31,666 nucleotides of DNA from Candidatus Ratteibacteria bacterium (GTDB taxonomy: Bacteria > Ratteibacteria > UBA8468 > B48-G9 > DTJG01), in assembly GCA_049971295.1 (NCBI GenBank), contig JBMFLH010000009.1, positions 1-31,666 of the forward strand, written 5' to 3'. The position numbers and the translations under genes are program-made. The notes below the pieces were generated by a model. That model was given only the letters and a program-made list of their open reading frames with translations, was not told where the DNA came from and ran no database searches. Of the stretch, positions 18,836-26,468 are shown piece after piece (positions within the stretch are counted from its first letter, which is position 1; the number at the start of each line of letters is the position of its first letter).

Positions 18836-18974
18836 GATTTACCAATGTGGCCTTCAAAAATATGCTTCGTTGGGCTCTTTTGCAGTCCTTGTTCTGTTTT
18901 GAACCTAAACCGGTATCCAAAAAATTTGTCATGAGAATGAAGTTGTGTTCATTTTCACTGATTCTTCTCACCCT

Positions 18975-19148
18975 TCACCCTGTCCTTTGCCCTTTCCACG
19001 GGTCACAACCTGCTTTCTGAATGGAGTCAATCCTATTTTTCAACTTCCTCAAATATTTCACCGCAGCATCTCTGTCGTTATCAAGCAGAATTTTTTCAAT
19101 CTCAATCATTTCCGCAGTATCAAATTCTAAAACGATTTTTGGTTTCAT
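18975..19148 (-). CDS. Small hypothetical protein, 57 aa (not in the ORF track)
   Basis: MKPKIVLEFDTAEMIEIEKILLDNDRDAAVKYLRKLKNRIDSIQKAGCDPWKGQRTG*. GAGGT RBS overlaps the upstream stop, 7-bp gap, amphipathic helical pattern. Confidence 0.72.
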   Translation of the reverse strand: MKPKIVLEFDTAEMIEIEKILLDNDRDAAVKYLRKLKNRIDSIQKAGCDPWKGQRTG

Positions 19149-19155
19149 AACGACC

Positions 19156-20034
19156 TCACTGGCCTATCTGATAATCTCCTGTTGTGTTTCCACTGCCAAG
19201 GGTGGAACTAAAGCTACCAGAAATTATTGCTTTTCCAGAACCCTGCAGTTGATATGTAATTGTCTGGTCTGTTAAACTTGTTCCATAAAAAAGCCACTTG
19301 ATAGAATTGCCTGTTCTTTTTGAAATTGAAGGCGTTGAACTGATGAGAGTATATCCCTCTGGTATGTTTTCACTCACAATGATGCCATTGATCCTTGTAT
19401 CTTTAACGTTCACACTCAATCGAACAAAAGCGCCACCTGATGAAATCTGAATCGATCTTGTCACAGTCACTCCTGCTGTCTGTGAAGGAGTTTCTGGTTG
19501 CTGGGGCGGATTTTCAGGCGAAGGTGGATTCTGCGAATCAGGTTGTGATGGCGCAGTTGAAGGAGAGGAAGAAACAGAGGCAACTGATACTCCTGACCCT
19601 GCTGCGCCTGACGACACAGATGGAGATGGCCTTAAAATTGAAGGGGTTCCAGACGGAACTGTAGCTGATGGCAAACTTATTGAACCCGGTGTGATGGAAC
19701 TGTTAGAACTGTCCTGTGTTGTTGATATAACGCTTGAAGATACAAAAGACGCAATCAAAACAGACGATGTATCTGTTGATGACTTCTCTCGCCAGGAGTC
19801 ATAATTCTGATTGATAGTAGCAGCAATTTTATCAGCCCATGCAGGAATTCTCTGTTTCTTTTCCTGTTTTACAGGATATAGTGATTTTTCCGGAGATCTC
19901 TGCGGAATTTGTGTAACAAAACGGGTTTCAGATGATAATGAAGGACCCTGCGGTTTCTGAGAAACCGGTTGTTTTTTTTCGCTGCAGCCAGAAATCAAAA
20001 AACAGCAGATGACCAATACAACTATTTTTTTCAT
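19156..20034 (-). CDS. Lipoprotein with long Ser/Pro/Thr linker and C-terminal cohesin-like domain
   Basis: Lipobox ISG|C. About 100 aa S/P/T/Q low-complexity stalk. VTRSI...GIIVSENIPEGY...IKWLF...ITY...ISG...TTGD. Confidence 0.8.
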   Translation of the reverse strand: MKKIVVLVICCFLISGCSEKKQPVSQKPQGPSLSSETRFVTQIPQRSPEKSLYPVKQEKKQRIPAWADKIAATINQNYDSWREKSSTDTSSVLIASFVSSSVISTTQDSSNSSITPGSISLPSATVPSGTPSILRPSPSVSSGAAGSGVSVASVSSSPSTAPSQPDSQNPPSPENPPQQPETPSQTAGVTVTRSIQISSGGAFVRLSVNVKDTRINGIIVSENIPEGYTLISSTPSISKRTGNSIKWLFYGTSLTDQTITYQLQGSGKAIISGSFSSTLGSGNTTGDYQIGQ

Positions 20035-20036
20035 TT

Positions 20037-20834
20037 TTACTCCAGGACATAAACAAGTTCCACTAACTTTTTATCCCTGACTATCTTTAAAACAGTAAAT
20101 TTCCTGCCAGTTTTAAAAATTTCGTCGTATGCTTTAAAAGCATCTTCTGGCTGTTTTAGAAGAATTCCATTAATGTGCGTGATGACATCGTTTGAAGCAA
20201 GTCCTGCAGATTCAAAAACACTTCCTGGTTCAATGTCCTGCACCTTAAAACCCGCAGTATCAAGAGGAACAAGTTTCATTCCGTATAAAAATTCTGGTTG
20301 CGTTGTCAGCCATTGTAATGCATTTTTTAAGTTAACCTTGAAATAAAATCTGCGGGGCTGGGTCTGCATTACCTTTATTCCTGATTGTGTGAGTAAAAAT
20401 CTTTCATTAAACCCATTTTCAAAAACAACTCCAGTTTCTTCAATGGACACGATTTTATTTCCATTAATAATGTCACCGATTTTCAAAAACAATATTTTGT
20501 TTGAACTGTTTTCTTTTAAGACTGCAGTAGTTTTTGATACCTCGTCAAAAAACACAAAAGTGCCAATCAACTGATATTGCGCATCAAGAGGTTGCGGCTG
20601 AGAGATTGAAAAAACGAACATTGACAAATTTTGCCGGTCGTCTTTTTTTATTTCAGGTGGGGCGAAAAAAACTTTTTTTTGTAGAATTGCAGTTAAATTC
20701 TGCGGAAGATTTTTTTCTGCGCAGAAAATGGAGGAGACAGATAAACTAAAGATGAACATTGGCAGCAATATAAACTTCGATTGCTTCAAAAATTGCTTCA
20801 AATAAACCACTGTATCTTCAGAAAAAACTAACAT
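20037..20834 (-). CDS. Second GspC-like protein (HR domain + PDZ)
   Basis: YQLIGT...TAVL...LKIGDIINGNKIVSIEETGVV and PDZ GFKV.DI.PGSVFESAGL.SNDVITHING...KIVRD. Start ATG 20834 chosen because it couples to the upstream stop at 20828. Confidence 0.75.
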   Translation of the reverse strand: MLVFSEDTVVYLKQFLKQSKFILLPMFIFSLSVSSIFCAEKNLPQNLTAILQKKVFFAPPEIKKDDRQNLSMFVFSISQPQPLDAQYQLIGTFVFFDEVSKTTAVLKENSSNKILFLKIGDIINGNKIVSIEETGVVFENGFNERFLLTQSGIKVMQTQPRRFYFKVNLKNALQWLTTQPEFLYGMKLVPLDTAGFKVQDIEPGSVFESAGLASNDVITHINGILLKQPEDAFKAYDEIFKTGRKFTVLKIVRDKKLVELVYVLE

Positions 20835-23800
20835 ACCTTTTTCTGTCTTGACCTGATAAATACTGCAGCACAGAGAGCAATAATCACAGAATACAGCCAC
20901 ATTTTGTGCAGAACAATCCAGGCAAAAGCAATAAGCGGATATAATAGAACTCTCACGCAGAATTTTATCACAGAATGCTGACTGATGTAATTGGCAACAG
21001 TTGGACTGTGCCTGTAATACCAGTTAACAAATCTTCTTCCTGTATCAGTTTTCAACAAAATTCTATCTCTAAACTGCCTGAGAATCACAATTTCTTTTGC
21101 CAATGGACTGCCAAATGCAGCAGTGGCAATGAAACAACCTCCGCCACCACCACTTGGAGCACTCGAGCCACTATAATTTGCCGCTGGATCAGAAAGATCA
21201 GAGGGATAGGATTCAGCAATTCTGGTTTCTCCCCCTACTCTCAGGTCCCTTAATGCAATTACCCTGTATCTGTATACCACATCAGACTCAATTCTGCTGT
21301 CAACGTAAGGAGCATAGAATGTTGGAACTGTATCCACTGTCGTGATATCAGTAAAAACTGTCAGGTCTCCTGGCAATTTTCGCTTGTAATCATATTCTAC
21401 TGCTCTTTGAATACGCCATCTTGTGGCTTTGTAAGGTTCCTGGGATTTGTCCATAAACCAGATTGCTATTCCATCTGTTGAAGCAACTGCTGTGGGTTTT
21501 GAGGGAGTCATACTATACGGAAATCCATAAATCTTTGTGCTCACTCTATTTGATTGAATTGTGAATTGTTTACCGCCTCTTAAGTAACTCATAACAAGAG
21601 TGTAGTTGTAGGTTACTCCATCAAGAAGACCTCCAGGTTCTGTATGAGTTGCAATGTCAAAATATGAAGTTGCTGACCAGCCAGCAGGAACAGGAATCAC
21701 AGTAATAGAGGTTTCTCCAGAGATACTGTCTGTTCTCCATATTTCATAACTGATAAATTCGGATTGATTGACATTTGTTCGATTTGCCCAGTTTAAAGTA
21801 ATTCCACTGAATGATGGTGTTGCGTAAAGATCAAGCGTTCCACCAAGGACAGAATTAAATGGCTCTGTATATTTTCTTGCATATGCGTTGCTTCTGATAC
21901 CATTTCTATCAACCACTGGTATTGCCCTCGAAGCCCAGGTATTCCAGTCAATTTCAGTTCCACCCCAGCCAACAATTCCAACACTGAAAGCATCGCCAGG
22001 ACTCATGGATGCAGATGTCCTGATAACAACATAAAGGGTACACGGGATTGTTACCGGACTTTGAAATTCAAAAACATAGCCAGACGGTGTATCAAACATG
22101 GATGATGTCAAAAACTTGTACCGTGTTATAATTACAGGACTGTTATAATCAGGGCCTGATGATGAGCCTCTGTAAATTACAACACCGCACTGTTTTAATG
22201 CATCAGCGCTAAAATTTGTTACATTGTACCAGCCAGTAGCAGCATCATACCAGGCGGATAGGGTTGCAAAAGAAGCAAGGTCGTCAAGAGTAAATCCGCC
22301 CCTGTTATAAAATTCAACTGTAATCCCTGTAAGAGATGGATTTTTACCAGAATTGTTGTCTGAGATTTCAACCTTCATCACAGGTGTCGGATCGCTCTGT
22401 GGGGCAATTGTTGCTCCCTGAAGTACAAGTGGAGTGAGTTTTGTAAATACATTACCTGTTATCTTTGTTGAAAAAATTTCATGCGTTGATATTACCTGTT
22501 TCGAGCCAGCAAGTATAATTTCACTCGCAGGAATGTAAAGTTGAAATTTTGAACCATATGGCAAGGTGCTGCTTGTTCTGAGACAAATAAAAAAGTCATC
22601 TCCACTAAAAACATTTGTGGTATCAATGGCAGTATCGTCAGAATATACGGTGCCAGGGTCTGTTAATACACCTGTGGGTGTCATATAGGTATGGTATCTA
22701 TACGCACCAACAGAACTATCATAACCATCACTCGCCCAGTGGAAATCAAAAGGGCCAGAAGGATTGCTGCTAAATTTGCAGGGAATCAATGTATCAGAAC
22801 TATCAAAATTACCAAATGATGTCATTCCTGCCTGACTTTTATTGTCCCTCCACAGAGTAAGTCCAGAATAATTGTCATCACGAAGTGGCGCTATGTCAGA
22901 AGGATCAATATTTTCATAAGCAAGCAAATCTATCCTGATTCTCTGAATATATTCAACAGGAAAATACTTCGTTGGTCCTGAAGCAATGTTCAATGCAAAG
23001 ACAGGAATTACGTTTGATGTTAAATCAGGCGCATCATTTGTGTCTGTGGGGTCAACATACGACTGGCAGATATTTTCAACATAAAGATTATGATAGATGT
23101 CCTTTACCTTATTCTGAGATATTCCCGCGTATTGTTGAGGATAAGAAAGCGGGCCAAAAAGGATTCCACCTGATGGTATCCATATCTTAAAATCTCCACC
23201 AATTGTGATGTTTGGCTCACCAGTATCACCAGCACTTGCAATTGTAATAACGATGAAATAATCATAATTCTGGTCTGCAATATCATCTATTGCATCCCCT
23301 GTATTGTCAACAGGAGACAAACTCACCTTCCACTCCCCGGGGTTCCCAGTCGGGGTAAAACCACTCATCTGGTATTTAAGAAGCTGGTCAGATGCTGGAT
23401 CCCAGGTTCCATTGCCATCTGTATCCTTCCACAGAGTAATCCCTGGCATAGAAAAAGGGTTTTCAGGTTCGTAAAACAGAACATTTCTGTTTCTAAAAAA
23501 ATTATTGGGATCAAAGTCAGAAACTCCTGTATCAGTGATGATAAGTGTGATTGAATTCAGCGCCTCAGGAGGGTCCTGTATATTAGGGTTGGCATCTCCA
23601 CTTGGGGTCACATTTCTCTGGGCGCAACCTATCGCAAGAACTGCCTTTGGCGTTTCCCAGGGTATAACCTGAGGCACATAGTGTATCATTGGAACTGTGG
23701 GAATAGGAAGCGGACTGTTTGCATAATCATAACTCATAGGGATACGGTCATATCTTGGTCTTATCATTTCTCCTGGCTGCCACTGATAATAAGCAGGATA

Positions 23801-24442
23801 TCTCGGAGTTCCTGATGAGTGGGCATTGTCAAATTCTTCAGGAAGTATGTCAGCAATCAACATTTCACACACGATAGAACCAGTGGTTACGCCTGCATTT
23901 GTGGCATCCCCCTCAAGAACCGGGCTTATCGTGACGCCAAGAGAAAGAATCGAAAATGTTGCACTGCTTCCATCAATGCAATCGTCAGCTGTTCTGATTG
24001 CAACGAAAAAATCATTCCCTGCATTACCGCCTGAGTCATCCGGAGGAAGCAGTGGTCTGCGATCAGGAGGAATTTTAATTGTTCCAACTCCACCGGTTAC
24101 ACCGAGAATTGTACCAGAGCGGTCGATGATGACTGAAGAATCAACAAAAAAACCTCCTGTCGCTTGCATGGTTAATGCAACGCTAACCAATCTTTGTGGA
24201 TTTGTGGCTGCTGAATCTGATGCAAGATTTAAGCCAAAAATAATGATATATCCTTCGCCGAACGCATTTTGGCCGATGACATTTGACCACGGATGATGAG
24301 GAGCACCATTAGTGTTTGGCAGAATACCCTGATTATTAACAACGTACGAAGTTACAGTATTAACCGTAACTTTTGAATGAACATAAGGAACAAATAATAA
24401 AGTAAAAATTAATGCTACCACCAACCTTTTTGTTTTTCTCAT
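20828..24442 (-). CDS. Large secreted surface protein: ~4 internal repeats, 2 FN3-like domains, CFI-box-CTERM plus TM tail
   Basis: Signal peptide. GGAG RBS fits ATG 24442. Repeated G[IL]TLW[KR]D..D and D[FY]F[VI].[IL]RT motifs. FN3-like ITLNW...L.DGVTYNY and YRYRVIA. GGGGGCFIATAAFGS...LRQFRD..L...GR.FV.WYYRHSP. Confidence 0.85.
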   Translation of the reverse strand: MRKTKRLVVALIFTLLFVPYVHSKVTVNTVTSYVVNNQGILPNTNGAPHHPWSNVIGQNAFGEGYIIIFGLNLASDSAATNPQRLVSVALTMQATGGFFVDSSVIIDRSGTILGVTGGVGTIKIPPDRRPLLPPDDSGGNAGNDFFVAIRTADDCIDGSSATFSILSLGVTISPVLEGDATNAGVTTGSIVCEMLIADILPEEFDNAHSSGTPRYPAYYQWQPGEMIRPRYDRIPMSYDYANSPLPIPTVPMIHYVPQVIPWETPKAVLAIGCAQRNVTPSGDANPNIQDPPEALNSITLIITDTGVSDFDPNNFFRNRNVLFYEPENPFSMPGITLWKDTDGNGTWDPASDQLLKYQMSGFTPTGNPGEWKVSLSPVDNTGDAIDDIADQNYDYFIVITIASAGDTGEPNITIGGDFKIWIPSGGILFGPLSYPQQYAGISQNKVKDIYHNLYVENICQSYVDPTDTNDAPDLTSNVIPVFALNIASGPTKYFPVEYIQRIRIDLLAYENIDPSDIAPLRDDNYSGLTLWRDNKSQAGMTSFGNFDSSDTLIPCKFSSNPSGPFDFHWASDGYDSSVGAYRYHTYMTPTGVLTDPGTVYSDDTAIDTTNVFSGDDFFICLRTSSTLPYGSKFQLYIPASEIILAGSKQVISTHEIFSTKITGNVFTKLTPLVLQGATIAPQSDPTPVMKVEISDNNSGKNPSLTGITVEFYNRGGFTLDDLASFATLSAWYDAATGWYNVTNFSADALKQCGVVIYRGSSSGPDYNSPVIITRYKFLTSSMFDTPSGYVFEFQSPVTIPCTLYVVIRTSASMSPGDAFSVGIVGWGGTEIDWNTWASRAIPVVDRNGIRSNAYARKYTEPFNSVLGGTLDLYATPSFSGITLNWANRTNVNQSEFISYEIWRTDSISGETSITVIPVPAGWSATSYFDIATHTEPGGLLDGVTYNYTLVMSYLRGGKQFTIQSNRVSTKIYGFPYSMTPSKPTAVASTDGIAIWFMDKSQEPYKATRWRIQRAVEYDYKRKLPGDLTVFTDITTVDTVPTFYAPYVDSRIESDVVYRYRVIALRDLRVGGETRIAESYPSDLSDPAANYSGSSAPSGGGGGCFIATAAFGSPLAKEIVILRQFRDRILLKTDTGRRFVNWYYRHSPTVANYISQHSVIKFCVRVLLYPLIAFAWIVLHKMWLYSVIIALCAAVFIRSRQKKVC

Positions 24443-24509
24443 ACTTTTCAACTCCTTTTTTCAATCATTTTATGCCCTGCTTGTTCTATCAGTACTTCTA
24501 TTTTTAACT

Positions 24510-24546
24510 TCACCCTCTCTTTTTCCTCTTTCGCTGCTGGAAAGGA
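24510..24546. repeat. Degenerate REP-like copy
   Basis: TCACCCTCTCTTTTTCCTCTTTCGCTGCTGGAAAGGA loosely matches the reverse complement of 17111-17150. Confidence 0.3.
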
Positions 24547-24620
24547 TTAAATCAAAGGGTATTTTCTTATCACCCTATCCTATTAGTATTGACCTTTAGA
24601 TGAACAATTACGACAAAGTT

Positions 24621-26435
24621 TTATCCAACAATTTTGCCACACATCCATACAATTGGTTTCAACATTCCCCTTACAAATGCTTTAATTTTTGGCTTATCCT
24701 TGATAAAATCAGCAATAACAGGGCTATGTCTGTAATAAAATCTTACAAATGCTCTACCCGCCCTTGTTTTCAGCAGTTTCTGGTCCCTGAACTTTCGCAG
24801 CGCTTCCACTTCTTTCGCAAAAGGTGTTCCATACGCTGCTGTTGCAATAAAACAACCACTGCTACCTGAATGAACAGGTGGAATTGGAGTACCAATTGAA
24901 AAATAATCGTTTCCCTTTAATTGTTCGGCATTAAGCCGTACTTTAATATACATTTCCTCCAGATTTCTTTCTGTCACATAAGATGTAATGTCTTCCCAGT
25001 TGTTGTTTTCCCCAGGCCAGTGATACACATGTGCTCTGGCTAACGTCACGCTTGTATCAACGAGTGCTAATTCATCATACCTGACAGGTATTTTTATATC
25101 CACAGTATCACCTAAATTCAAGGTGAAGTTTGAACTCAAAAGATATGTATTTTTAAAACCTACGACATTTATTAGTTTTGTCGGAATGTATGTAGATTCA
25201 ACATATCCAACCTTAACCTGTGGGTTTGGCTCTGTAACTCCTGATGAGTTGAAAAACGCAAAAAGATTATAACCAAATGGGTCTGTATAAAACTGGGTTT
25301 CAGTGAATAAATTGTCTCCAGCCCAGATTGTACCTATTGGTACTGTCTTTGAAAAAGTGTCTGAATACCCGGTTGAATATAATGAATAATAAGATGGTGC
25401 GCTGCCATCATCAAAACTAAAGATTCTGTAATAATTTGTATCAACAACAGTATCGTCTATAAACGAAGTTTTTTTATCGGTTGTGTCCTTGAATACGCAG
25501 ATTGCGCCACCAGGTAAACTACTTCCAATAGTATAACTTGTTCCATTTACTGGTTTATCGTCCCATGCAAGAGGTGCATTCTTTCTAAAAATAATTGTCC
25601 CAGTAAAACAGTTTGGATTCTGCCAAGTCAGAAGTATCTCATTAAATAGCCCGCTTGCTGAAAAATCAGAAACAGGAGAAGGACTTCCCACAATTGCAGA
25701 TACTTTTACATTCACAGTATTTATACCATCATTGAATGCAATCATACCTGTATGCGACCCGGATGTAAGAAGTGTTCTTACAATCTGCGCCTGAACCTGA
25801 GTACTCCGGCCTGAACCCAAAGAACCAGAATTCGGATTTATTCTTAACCAGCCAGTAATCCCATCGTCAGTGGTGATTGCAGAGGTCCAGTTTATAGGTG
25901 TGCTGCCAAGATTTGTCAATGTAATGGTCGCTGTTGTGTCAACAGTTCCAAAATGAAGGGACTCTGGTGAAGCGCCAAAACCCGTAGGCGGTAGTGAAAT
26001 ACTCGTTTGGCCTCCAACAGGAATAATCTGCATGTCAGTGCCATCAAAGTATTTTACCACCCCGTTAAAATTCTGAACACCTGTGGCATCTTCAGGAATA
26101 CTGACAGAATACCTGATAATAACAGAAGAAATACCAGTGGCACTAAACTCAAGCCAGGAATAAGTTGATGGCGCAGTAAACTTGTTCACAGGGAGATTTG
26201 ACGAAGTAATCTGCCAGGTTTCAGGTATTGTTTCTTCAACGATCACTGCTCGCGGCATACCAGTGATTTCGACTGAAAGAGTAATATCAATCCTTTGTCC
26301 TGGCAGATAGGTTGGAGAAGAAAAACTTCTTGTGGCATTGACAGAGATCTGTGGCCAGGCACAAGAAATACCGATTCCACAGAGCAAAGAAAAAACATAC
26401 ATTACGGTTTTTTTCACGATTGTTTTATCCAGCAT
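24621..26435 (-). CDS. Secreted protein: cohesin-like + BACON-like + FN3-like + beta domain + CFI-box-CTERM
   Basis: GGAGG RBS fits ATG 26435. ATRSF...Y.PG...IVEETIPETW; SPESLHFG...ITLTNLG...WLRINPNSGSL; PSPVSDFSA...LTWQNP; SSGCFIATAAYG...LRKFRD..L. Confidence 0.85.
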   Translation of the reverse strand: MLDKTIVKKTVMYVFSLLCGIGISCAWPQISVNATRSFSSPTYLPGQRIDITLSVEITGMPRAVIVEETIPETWQITSSNLPVNKFTAPSTYSWLEFSATGISSVIIRYSVSIPEDATGVQNFNGVVKYFDGTDMQIIPVGGQTSISLPPTGFGASPESLHFGTVDTTATITLTNLGSTPINWTSAITTDDGITGWLRINPNSGSLGSGRSTQVQAQIVRTLLTSGSHTGMIAFNDGINTVNVKVSAIVGSPSPVSDFSASGLFNEILLTWQNPNCFTGTIIFRKNAPLAWDDKPVNGTSYTIGSSLPGGAICVFKDTTDKKTSFIDDTVVDTNYYRIFSFDDGSAPSYYSLYSTGYSDTFSKTVPIGTIWAGDNLFTETQFYTDPFGYNLFAFFNSSGVTEPNPQVKVGYVESTYIPTKLINVVGFKNTYLLSSNFTLNLGDTVDIKIPVRYDELALVDTSVTLARAHVYHWPGENNNWEDITSYVTERNLEEMYIKVRLNAEQLKGNDYFSIGTPIPPVHSGSSGCFIATAAYGTPFAKEVEALRKFRDQKLLKTRAGRAFVRFYYRHSPVIADFIKDKPKIKAFVRGMLKPIVWMCGKIVG

Positions 26436-26468
26436 ATTCATTCCTCCGTTAAATTTTCCATCGTTCTA

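Noticed and set aside
18820..18977. Selenocysteine read-through of the small ORF's TGA (frame stays open ~50 more codons)
   Set aside because: No recognisable SECIS or redox motif, and the extension runs into the next promoter.
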